Source: Squalus acanthias
Lineage: Eukaryota
NCBI GenBank assembly: GCA_030390025.1
Contig: JASTWF010000048.1
Location: 1,116,001 to 1,180,000, forward strand
Length of the DNA stretch: 64,000 nucleotides
Reading direction: 5' to 3'
Positions 1 through 9,815 of this stretch are shown here, piece after piece. The position numbers and the translations under genes are program-made. The notes beneath the pieces are model-generated. The model was given only the letters and a program-made list of their open reading frames with translations, was not told where the DNA came from and searched no databases. Positions within the stretch are counted from its first letter, which is position 1; each line of letters begins with the position of its first letter.

Positions 1-84
1 GGAGCCAACCCGCATCCAAGTAATGCTGAGGGAGACTCACTGTGCAACAGCAGCGCAGAAACAAGATATCGGGTTAAATAGCAG
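1..84 (-). pseudogene. TRBV: TCR V family C copy 1 (C1), leader exon and intron only; V exon lies left of the window
   Basis: Leader 41-84 is homologous to the other C leaders (...SALLLH|GTGAGT). ATG is replaced by CTG (82-84) and there is a 1-nt insertion. Confidence 0.75.
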
Positions 85-181
85 TTTGATTAACAGTTTG
101 CAGAAGAGAATAAGACCGGGATTTTGTAAAAATCTGTTATCCCGGCGCGTTTTGACGACTTTATTTAACTGCAGTTCTGTT

Positions 182-242
182 TGATTGACAGCTGCTGGCC
201 GCTCACTCCAGGCCCCGCCACTTACAGTCTGATTGACAGCTG
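182..242. promoter_or_regulatory. Family C promoter: twin TGATTGACAGCTG (PBX/MEIS-PREP decamer overlapping an E-box) with GC boxes
   Basis: Motif at 182-194 and 230-242. Repeated at 12342/12391, 18680, 43340/43388 and 53778/53826, ~100-160 bp upstream of the C start codons. Confidence 0.55.
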
Positions 243-820
243 TCGATATAACCCCGCCCGCTCCCAGCTTCTCTCGACTCTTCACGGAACTGAAGTCCCG
301 CATCCCTGCTACCATTCTGGTAAATCTCCCCTGCAAGCTCTGTCTGGCCTTGACATCCTTACTAAGGTGCGTTGCCCATGATTGGGCACAATTTTCTAGC
401 TGAGGCTGGAGAAACACGTTTTTCACTTGTTGAACACTAAAACAAAACGGATAATGGTGTGAGGAGGTTGTTGTTCAATTCGATTCTGACACGGCACCAG
501 AAATAAAACAGTAAATTGAACAAAATTGAACATGCATCGTGGGGTCATAATGTGATCCGGCGGCTGCTGGATTAGCAAACAGTTCCGGTTCAGTCTTAAA
601 TCCACTTCAATTTGATTGGCATAATGTCAGAGCCGGAAGTTGCATCAAACAGTTGCAATCGCCTCGAGAGCAACTAAACACAATTCGCAGCAAATAAATT
701 ATATTGTGCTACAGAATTCACCATTTAATTTTGATGGTGTTTGAATCGATACAGAATTATCCTTCTTCCTCTCTGCCTTTGATTCTTTCTTTCTTTCTTT
801 TTTCTATGTTTCTGTTTGTT

Positions 821-993
821 NNNNNNNNNNNNNNNNNNNNNNNNNNNNNNNNNNNNNNNNNNNNNNNNNNNNNNNNNNNNNNNNNNNNNNNNNNNNNNNN
901 NNNNNNNNNNNNNNNNNNNNNNNNNNNNNNNNNNNNNNNNNNNNNNNNNNNNNNNNNNNNNNNNNNNNNNNNNNNNNNNNNNNNNNNNNNNNN
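821..993. other. Assembly gap (173 N) in a CTTT-rich tract
   Basis: Run of n. Paralogous positions (e.g. ~19320-19415, ~54420-54545) are (CTTT)n microsatellite. Confidence 0.98.
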
Positions 994-1301
994 CTCATAG
1001 TTTCTTTCTGCTTGTCTTTCATTCTTTGTCTTTCTCTTTCTCTCTTTCTTTATTACATTTTTGTCATTATTTCTTACTTGCTTTCTTTCCGAGGCTCCTT
1101 GTGATATGGCAGTAATGGTGCGGTTGTTAAACAACTTCTTTCTCCCTCTCTTTCTATCGCTCTCTTTCAATCTCTGTTTCTCTTTGACTATCTTGTTGTC
1201 TTTATTTACTGCTTTCATTCCACTGGTCCCTTTACATTCTTTCTCATTTTGTCATTAAAGTTGCCTTCTTATCGACTCCCTTCTCTTCCTTCATAAATTA
1301 A

Positions 1302-1517
1302 TGTGAGAAGTCGCACAACACCAGGTTATAGTCCAACAAGTTTATTTGAAATCACAAACTTTCGGAGCGCTGCTCCTTCGTCAGGTGAAGTCCCGTCGAA
1401 GGAGCAGCGTTCCGAAAGCTTGTGATTTCAAATAAACCTGTTGGACTATAACCTGGTGTTGTGCGACTTCTCACATTTGTCCACCCCAGTCCAACACCGG
1501 CATCTCCACATCATGGA
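1302..1517. mobile_element. Penelope-like terminal hairpin insertion with 12-bp target-site duplication
   Basis: 81-bp inverted arms 1300-1380 and 1397-1477. TTCATAAATTAA at 1290-1301 and 1518-1529. The paralogous site at ~54850 is empty. CTGACGA...GAAA core on the minus strand. Confidence 0.75.
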
Positions 1518-1529
1518 TTCATAAATTAA

Positions 1530-3480
1530 CAACAACAACTTGCATTTATATAGCAACTTTAACATAGTAAAACGTCCCAAGGCTTTTCACAGGAGAGTTA
1601 TCTAAAAAAATTGACACCGAGCCACTTTAGGAGATATTAGGGCAGATGAACAAAAGTTTGGTTAAAGAGCCAGGTTTTGATGAGCATCTTAAAGGAGCAA
1701 TGAGGTGTAGAGAGGCGGAGAGGCTTAGCGAGAGAATTCAAGAGCTTATTGCCTCGGCAGCTGAAGGCACGGCCGCCAATGGTGGAGCAATTAAAATTCG
1801 GGGATGCGGAACAGCCCAGAATTGCAGGAACACAGATATCTCGTACGGTTGTGGAGGAGGTTTCAGAGAGGGTGGGTCGAAGCCTCGGAGGGACTTGAAA
1901 GCAAGCATGAGAATTTTAAAATGGAGTCGTTGATCAATCGGGAGCCAATGTAGGTCAGCGAGCGCAGGAGTGATGGGTGAACGGGGCTTGGTACGAGTTA
2001 GAATAGGGGCAGCACAGTTATAGTTTTGGGAGTGTGGAAGATGGGAGGCAGGCCAGTAGTGCGTTGGAATAGTGAAGTCTGGAGGTGACAACGGCATGGA
2101 TCAGAGTTTCAGCAGCGGATGAGCAGAACCGGTGATGCTACGGAGGTTCAAGTAGTAGGTCTTAATGATGGCGTGAAGTTTTGCTGTGGTGATCACCAAT
2201 GGTAAGTTTTGGATCCATTAATCTTTGTAAGTGTTAGAAACGACCTAGACTCGGGGGTAGGGAGCAGCATTATAAAGTTTTAAAATGATACGAAACTTAT
2301 CAAAGTAGGAGATAGTGATGTGGATATTTATGGGCTTCAGGATGACATAGCCAGGACGGCGAAATCGATAGAAGCATCCCAGATGGAGTTCAATGTGGAG
2401 GAGTGTGAAGTGGTCCACTTTGGAACAATGATATGGAAGGACTGGATACTATAAATGGAACGATTTCGCAAAGTGTAGATGAGCAGATAGACCTTGGTGT
2501 CCATATACACGAAGCCTTAAAGGTGGCAGGGTAATTGATAATGTGTTTAAAATGTATATGCGTTACTTGCATTTTTAAAAAGACCAATAGAAAATAAAAG
2601 CAAAGAGATCATATTGGAAATTTTTAAAACACTGATTCGGCCTAAGCTGGAGTTTTGTTGACAATTCTGGCATCAAAATGCAGGAAAGGTGTAAAGGCAT
2701 TGGAAAGGGTACAGAGGAGATTTACCAGGATGTTAACAGGGATGAAGGATTTCAGATAAGAGGAGAGGTTGGAAAAGTTAGGCCTGTTCTCTTTCCAACA
2801 GAAAAGTTTAAGAGGAGACCTAATAGAGATTTTCAACATAATGAGAGAATTATTTTCACTCAGAGAGTTGTCTGCAGCTGAAATGCTCTTCCTGCAATGG
2901 TGGTGGAAGCGGATCAATCAATAATTTTATAAGGGAGCTGGAGAGGTGCGGGAGGATGAGGAACTAACAGGATGATGGACAAAAAGTGGGGATGTGGGAC
3001 TGAGCAAAACTGCTCGGCCAAAGAGCCAGCACAGGCACGATGGGTCTAAAGGCCTACTTCTGTGCTGTAATTTCAACTAATTCTGTATGTTGACGGAAGC
3101 TCATCTCGGGGTCAAATATGACACCCAGAATGCGAACAGTCTGGTTCAGCCTCAGACAGTTGCCAGGGAAAGGGATGGTTTCAGAGGCTAGGGAACAGAG
3201 TATTTGGCGGGGACCGAAGACATTTGCGTCGTTCTTCCGAAATGTTATTTGAAGAAAATTTCTGCTCATCCGGTACTGGATGTCGGACAAGCAGTTTAGT
3301 AAATCAGAGACAGCAGATTGAATGAGTACGCTGTTGTTGAGGCAGGGCTGTGTGTGGTCAGCGTACATGTGCAACCTGACATTGTGTTTCCAGATGATGT
3401 CGCCGAGGAGCAAAATGTAGATGAGAAATAAGGCGGAGGGCAAGATTAGATCCACAGGGGACTCCATAGGTAACAATGCC
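1530..3480. mobile_element. Composite decayed LINE block: L2-type 3' end (-), CR1-type fragment (+), L2 RT fragment (-)
   Basis: Translations SPITPALADLHWLPIDQRLHFKIL and HMYADHTQ..VRILGVIFDPEMSF (L2-like), plus LERVQRRFTRM-type CR1 remnants. Many stops and frameshifts. Confidence 0.75.
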
Positions 3481-4427
3481 GGAGCGGTGAATCAATCACA
3501 ATGTGCAGATTATTAAGTTGCCAATCCAAAGACAGAGTGAAGGTAATTAAAATTGATTATTCATTGGGAGCAGGCGCGGGTCATACAACATCTCTATAAA
3601 GCAGCAGACATGAGGAAGTCTAACTGTGTTTTTGTGCCAAATGTTCGGTAACTGAAAGGGATGGAGAACCATCGAAGTTGACCATTAAGGGCATTCGTAC
3701 ATCTGCGGTGCCATTGCTACTTCTGTCTCAAAGCAGATCGTGGCAAAGCGACAGAAAAGCTACAGCGCCAGCTAGAGGCAAGAACCTGCAACTAGAATGA
3801 AATGGGACTTGTTACTTTTCAAGCACAACTGACTTGGTGGGTATTTTCAACTCATGTCCTGAAATTGACCCGCTTTCCAATGATTTTCTCCTCTCCTTCA
3901 GATGTTGACGATCTTACATAGAATTACATCGAATTTGCAGCACGGAATCCTGACCAACTGGTTCATGCAGGGCTTTATCCTCTACACGAGCCTCCTCCAA
4001 CCTCACTTCATCTCATCATATCAGCAGAGCCTTCTATTCCTTTCTCCCTAGTGTCTTTATCCAGCTTCTATGCTATTTGCCTCAAGCAGTCCTTGTGGTA
4101 GCGAGTTCCACATTCTCACCACTCTCTGTATATTGAGGTTATTTCTGAATTGCCAGTTGGATTTTGTACTGAGGTTCTTATATAGTTGGCCCCTATTTTT
4201 GATCAACCCCTCAAGTGGAAACATCCTCTCTACATCTACCCTATCAAATCCTTCCATAATCTTAAAGTAATCCAATTGTGGTTTAACAACGCTACATGGA
4301 GAACAGCACTGTGTACGGTATTCTAAGTGTGGTCTAAATAAGTTACATGGAGATTAGAACTGAGCGCTCAGCGCTGTTCTCTGAAGCCTTTGTAAACTTA
4401 CATTTGTCTGACGGCAGTTCGTCTGAG

Positions 4428-4466
4428 GGTTTTTGTCTCGGCGGCGGATGACTCTGAACCGCGGTG
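4428..4466 (-). promoter_or_regulatory. 23-RSS of A1 (variant heptamer)
   Basis: CACCGCG - 23 nt - ACAAAAACC. Confidence 0.9.
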
Positions 4467-5268
4467 TCCCATCAGTAGCTGCACAGAAATACAAAGCCGC
4501 ATCCGTGTGTTTAACGCTGTCGATCTTCAGGGTGGATTTCTTATTTTCCACAGTCCTCGTAATGGTAAACCCGCTCTCAAAACCCTCTCCATACTGAGCT
4601 TCAATGCTTAAATAAATAGACCCGATGTAGGTGAATCCTTGTCCAGCGGATTGCCGATACCACAGCATGTTATTGCGGATTGTTCCATTCTGATAACAAT
4701 TTAACTCGGCCTCTCCTCGCTGATCAACAGTAATCGAAGTCGGCCACTGATGGATCACATCCGCCAGCGAACAGTCTGAAAAAGAGGCGGCAGAGATGAT
4801 TAAAACAATCGGATGTAATTGAGAAAATCGGTTGGCTTTTTAAATTAAGCCCGGGGCGGGAAGCCGGCATTGTGGAGCCGCCAAATCCCAAACACCAGTG
4901 AAAATCAAACAAATAAATCTGGGATTATCACGAAATGAACAACATAATGGCAATTATCCCACAGTTAGATAAGAAAGAACGAGATTCCGCAAACTTAAAT
5001 TATGATGAGAACAATCTATGCATCAATAAATATTAATACAGCTAAAGTAACATTGAACGCCTGAAATTGTTTAGATTAAAATAAATTGTCGATTTAAATA
5101 TTTGATTGCTCATAGATAATTGCTCGTTAATCATGATCAAATACCACAATGTAGATTAGTAAATATTTTTCATGATTGGATGGCACAAGTACATCACTTA
5201 TACTAGTTCAAAATTATCTTACTCGGTGCCAGCAACAAAAGAGCAAAGACCAGCAAATTGAAATGCAT
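4467..5268 (-). CDS. TRBV: TCR V segment family A copy 1 (A1), intact; leader 5268-5223, V exon 4775-4467
   Basis: Leader MHFNLLVFALLLLAP|GTAAG, acceptor TTCAG. V exon DVIHQWP..LNC..MLWYRQ..YFCAATDG followed by a 23-RSS. Confidence 0.88.
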
Positions 5269-5384
5269 CGTTGAGGGCGATCGACGGTCTAATGCCCCAA
5301 TTGGGGACTGACAGAGAGAGCGGCGTTAATTATTATGCATATGCAAAATCCAAGGTCAGAACCGGAAGTTGCGTAGGTAAACAG

Positions 5385-5690
5385 CAAAACAGAGCTTGCA
5401 TTTCTGAAGCGCGTTTCACGACCTCAGAACGACACAAAGCGCTTTGCAATCAACGAATTACCTTCGAAGTGCAGTCACTGTAGTAATATAGGAAATGCGG
5501 CAGCCCAATCGGCGCTCAGCAAGATCCCACAAAGAGCAATGTGATTCATCAAAAGATAATCTGCTTTTAAGTGATTTTGTTTCTGGTAAACATATTGGCC
5601 AGGGCAACGGGAGAAATACGACATAGTATGCGTGCGAAACTTAACGTCCACTTGAGAGGGAAAAGAGGCTTAGGTTTAAGTATTCCCTCA
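5385..5690 (-). mobile_element. DeuSINE/SacSINE1-like SINE immediately upstream of the A1 promoter
   Basis: Matches the copy at 9325-9690 (GGAAATGCGGCAGCCCAAT..CAAGATCCCACAAAGAGCAATGTGAT). Paralogs at ~16403-16710, 23741-24035, 32957-33480, 48203-48505 and 58852-59105. Family name recalled, not searched. Confidence 0.7.
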
Positions 5691-6778
5691 GTACTGCCCC
5701 TCCAAATGTACAGCGCTCCCGCAGAACTATCCCACCGACACAGCAGCACTACTCAGGACTGCACCTCCGACATTGCAGCATTTCCCTCACTACTGCGCCT
5801 CTGAACGTGCAGCGCTCCCTCAGTACTAACCCTCCAACAGTGCAGCACTCTATCAGTACTAACCCACCGACATCGCAGCAGTCGGTTAGTAATGCCCCCC
5901 CAACAGTGCAGCATTACTTCAGTATTGCACCCCCCCCCCCGACAGTGATGCACTCCATCAGCACTGCCCCTCCGACAATGCAGCCCTAACTCAGTAATGC
6001 CCCTCCCACAATGCAGCGTTCCCTCAGTACTGCTCCTCAGAGAGTGCAGCACTCTATCATTATTGCCCCTCCGACAGTGCAGATTTCCGTCTGTACTGCC
6101 CTGCGACAGCGCAGCAATTCCTCAGTACTGCCACTCTGAACGTGCAGTGCTCCCTCAGTACTGCCCCTCCGACAGTGCAGCGCTCCGTCAGTACTGCCCC
6201 TCCGCCAGTGCAGCGCTCCCTCAGTACTGCCCCTCCGACAGTGCAGCACTCCGTCAGTGCAGCCATTCCGACAGTGCAGCATTCCATCAGTATTGCGCCC
6301 CCCCCGACAATGCAGCATTCCTCAGTACTGCCCTCCGACAATGACGCGCTGACTCAGTACTGACCCTCCGACAGTGCAGCACTCCGTCAGTACTGCCCCT
6401 CCGCCAGTGCAGCGATCCCTCAGTCCGGCCATCCGACAGTGCAGCACTCCGTCAGTACAGCCATTCTGACAGTGCAGCATTCCATCAGTATTGCGCCCCC
6501 CACCCCGACAATGCAGCATTCCTCAGTATTGTCCTCCGACAATGACGCGCTGCCTCAGTACTGCCCCTCCAATAGTGCAGCGATCCATCAGTACTGCCCC
6601 TCCGATAGTGCAGCGCTCCCTCAGTATTGCCCTCTGGCACCGCAGCACTTCCTCTGCACTGCCCGTCCGATAGTGCAGTATTCCCTCAGTACTGTACTCC
6701 GACAGTGCAGCACTCCATCAGTACTGCCGCTTCGAGAATGCAGCACTTCCTCAGTACTGTCCCTCCGATAGTGCAGCA
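5685..6778. repeat. 33-bp minisatellite (CAGTACTGCCCCTCCGACAGTGCAGCGCTCCCT)n upstream of A1
   Basis: Direct tandem units, ~1.1 kb. 11-aa periodic ORFs in several frames. Confidence 0.93.
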
Positions 6779-6779
6779 T

Positions 6780-8045
6780 GATACGGAATGCACTGCCTTA
6801 AAGTGCGATGGAACTAAATTCAATAGTACATTTCCAATGGGAACTTGATATCCATTTGAAAAGGAACATGAATTAAGGGCTAAAATAAAAAGAGAAAATG
6901 CAGTAAATACTCAACAGGTCAGGCAGCATCTGTGGAGAGAGAAACAGACTTAACGTTTCAGGTCGATGGCCCTTCGTTTTTATAAATTAAGGGCTATTGG
7001 ATATTAGCAGAGGTTGGGACTAATTGTGTTGTGGAGACTAAAACACCTCGTCATAAATATAACATAGCCACGAATACATCTACTAGGGAATTCAGGAGCA
7101 ATATACTTTCACAAAGAGTGGTGAGATGTATTTTAAAGGAAGCTATATAAGGACAGGCGGGTGAAACGGATAGAAGGATATGCTTATATGATGAGATGAA
7201 AAGGGCTGGGAGGAGAATCATGTGGGACTAATTGGAAAGCTTATTCTAACAGGCGGACCGGGCTCGATGGGTCGAATTAACTCCTTCTGTGCTGTACCAT
7301 TAATGATTCTATAAACCAGGGAACATTGTTGCGTCAAAAATCCCTCCAGATTCAGGCAGTGCTAGTTTCAGTTCCCATTTGCGAAACGAGAATTAAAGGG
7401 TTAAATACTTCGTGGGGCTGCACTACTAGATTCTTTGAAAAACACATCAAAAGGCATCAAGACTCTGATAGACAGGTGGGTTAACGGTTTTCAACAGACA
7501 CTGAAACATCTGTCAGGGGGCAGGTGTTCCAGTGAGAAACGGATCTGGAGCAGCATCTCGTCTTTGCACAGGGTGAAACATCGGTCGCCCGTTTAAGGGT
7601 TCTGAGATTAACTATTTCCTATTTGTACGGGGTTGAGGCGCTTGGAGCAGCGAAGGTTAAGGGGAAATTTGAAAGAGCTGTTCAAAATCATGATTTTTTT
7701 CATGGATTAAGTAATGAGAAAATGTATCCAGTGTCAGGAGAGTCGATAAACAGAGGAGGCAGAATTAAGGTAATTGACAAAAGAGCCACAGCGGGAGATG
7801 AGTAGAATATTTCTCCTCAGTGAATTGTTATGATCTGGAATGCGCTGTCTGAACGTGTGGTGAAGCAGATTCGATAGTAATTTTCAAAAAGGATTTGGAG
7901 AAATACTTGAAGCGGAATTATATTCATTGCTGTGGGGAACGGGTCATGGGATTGTGACCAATTGGAAAGCTCCTTCAGAATTCCGGCACATACTCGATGG
8001 ACCGAATGGCCTTCTTCCGTACTATATCTTTCTATGATTCTATGA
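6780..8045. mobile_element. Decayed CR1-type fragments between A and B, with a Penelope-type terminal fragment at ~6881-6978
   Basis: CR1 3' motifs and ATTCTATG tails. Paralogous blocks at ~25015-26260, 34830-36330, 48865-50385 and 60985-62440. The minus strand of 6881-6978 reads GAAGGGCCATCGACCTGAAACGTTAA. Confidence 0.6.
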
Positions 8046-8193
8046 AAATCAGCGCATCTCTCGTCGGTATTGCGATAGCGCAATTAACAGGTAGGATAAG
8101 CACCTCCACAAATATCGTGAGCTTGTGAAATATTCACTGCTGTAATCGGGAGCTATGCCTAATTCCTTCCCATATTCTTATGCCCGTTCTTTC

Positions 8194-8490
8194 ATAAGAA
8201 CATAAGAAGTAAGAGCAGGATTAGGCCTTACGGCCCCTCAAGACTGCTTTGCCATTCAATAAGACCATGGCTGATAATCGACATCAACTCCACTTTCCGG
8301 CCCGATCTCCATATCTCTTGATTCCCCTGGAGGCCAAAAATCTATCTACCTCAGCCTTGAATATACTCAAAGACTCAGCATTCACAGCCCTCTGGGGCAG
8401 AGAATTCCAAAGACTCACAACCCTCTGAGTGAAGAAACTGTTCCTCATCTCAGTCTTAAATGGCCTACCCCTTATCCTGAGACTATGCCC
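8194..8490 (-). mobile_element. CR1-type LINE 3' fragment
   Basis: GHSLRIRGRPFKTEMRNSFFTQRVVSLWNSLP, with a CTTATGTT tail. Absent from the paralogous unit at ~36480. Confidence 0.8.
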
Positions 8491-8644
8491 CCCAACAGGA
8501 ACATTAACCCATTTACCCCACCTCATAATCCATTGTTAAAATGTAGAGGATCCCTGAAGGAAAAGCACATGCGAAATGTTGGTACAACATTTTAAGTCAT
8601 TAATAATCTATTGTAATAATCTGAAGTGATATCGAGTAAGAAGA

Positions 8645-9005
8645 TGGAAGGGTGGATGCAGGGAGGATGTATCCCCTGTCTGGGGAGTCTCGAACCAGGG
8701 GTCACAGTCTCAGAATAAGGGGTCGGCCATTTAAAACTGAGATGAGGAAGAATTTCTTCACTCAGAGGGTTGTGAGTCTTTGGAATTCTCTACCTCAGAG
8801 GGCTGTGGAGGTTCAGTCGTTGTGTATATTTAAGACAGAGATCGAAAGATTTTTGATTATTAATAGAATCAAGGGTTTTGGGGATAGTTCAGGAAAATGC
8901 AGATGAGGTAGAAGATCAGCCATGATCTTACTGAATGGCGGAGCAGCCTCGACGGGCCAAATGGTCTACTGCTGCTCCTATTCCTTGTGTTCTTAGGTTC
9001 TTATG
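8645..9005 (+). mobile_element. CR1-type LINE 3' fragment
   Basis: SRTRGHSLRIRGRPFKTEMRKNFFTQRVVSLWNSLP followed by a 3' UTR and tail. Confidence 0.8.
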
Positions 9006-9324
9006 AATCAAAATGAATAAAATGTAATCCATGATATATCATGTATTTAAACGGTATGACTTAAAGCATAGTGCTAGATAGATGATAAAACGATAGATAG
9101 TTAGATCTGAGCTAGATTGATAAAGGAATAGAGAGATCAGAGCTCGATGGACAGATCAATGACAGACCGATGTAGATATGGCAGATGGATAGATAGATAG
9201 ATATTTAGATAAATAGATAGAAGGACTGAAAGTAAGACAGGCAGATAGATAGATAAAATAAAGAAGGAATGAAAGAACGAAATAAAGAAAGATAGACAGA
9301 AAGAAGGTAAGGCAGACAGAAAGA

Positions 9325-9690
9325 AAGAAAGACCTGCATTTATATAGCGCCTTTCACTATCATCGGACGTCCCAAAAACGCTTTACTGTCAATTAAGTAC
9401 TTTTGAAGAAGTAGTCACTGTTGTAATGCGGGAAACGCGGCAGCCAATTTGCACACAGCAAGATCCCACATACAACATTGTGATAATGACAACATAATCT
9501 GTTTCTGTTATGTTGGTTGAGGGATAAATATTGGCCCCAGGATACCATGGGATATTTTATATCCACCTGAGAGAGCAGAAGGGGCCTCTATAAAACGTCG
9601 CATCCGAATGCCGGCACCTCCGACAGTGCAGCGCTCTCTCAGCATTGCACTGGAGTGTCAGCCTAGATTTACGTGCCTAAGTCCCTAGAA
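9325..9690 (-). mobile_element. DeuSINE/SacSINE1-like SINE carrying a single, unexpanded copy of the 33-bp minisatellite unit
   Basis: L2-type tail (TGCATTTATATAGCGCCTTT) and Deu-like core. Contains CCTCCGACAGTGCAGCGCTCTCTCAGCATTGC once at ~9617-9648. Confidence 0.75.
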
Positions 9691-9776
9691 AGGAGGGAGT
9701 AAAGAGACACACAAACAGACTCACAGACAGACAACGAGACAGATCAATTTCCACAGTTATATCCTGCCGACTTTTG

Positions 9777-9815
9777 GGTTTTTGTTGAGCTCTTCCATCT
9801 CTCTGAGTCACTGTG
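9777..9815 (-). promoter_or_regulatory. 23-RSS of B1 (consensus)
   Basis: CACAGTG - 23 nt - ACAAAAACC. Confidence 0.96.

Noticed and set aside
4467-5268. Assignment as IgH, IgL or IgNAR cluster genes, or NAR-TCR
   Set aside because: No adjacent D/J/C segments as in shark Ig clusters, and no VH or VNAR hallmarks. The segments are interleaved with CAWS-type V genes. Chain assignment of family A rests mainly on context and needs phylogeny.
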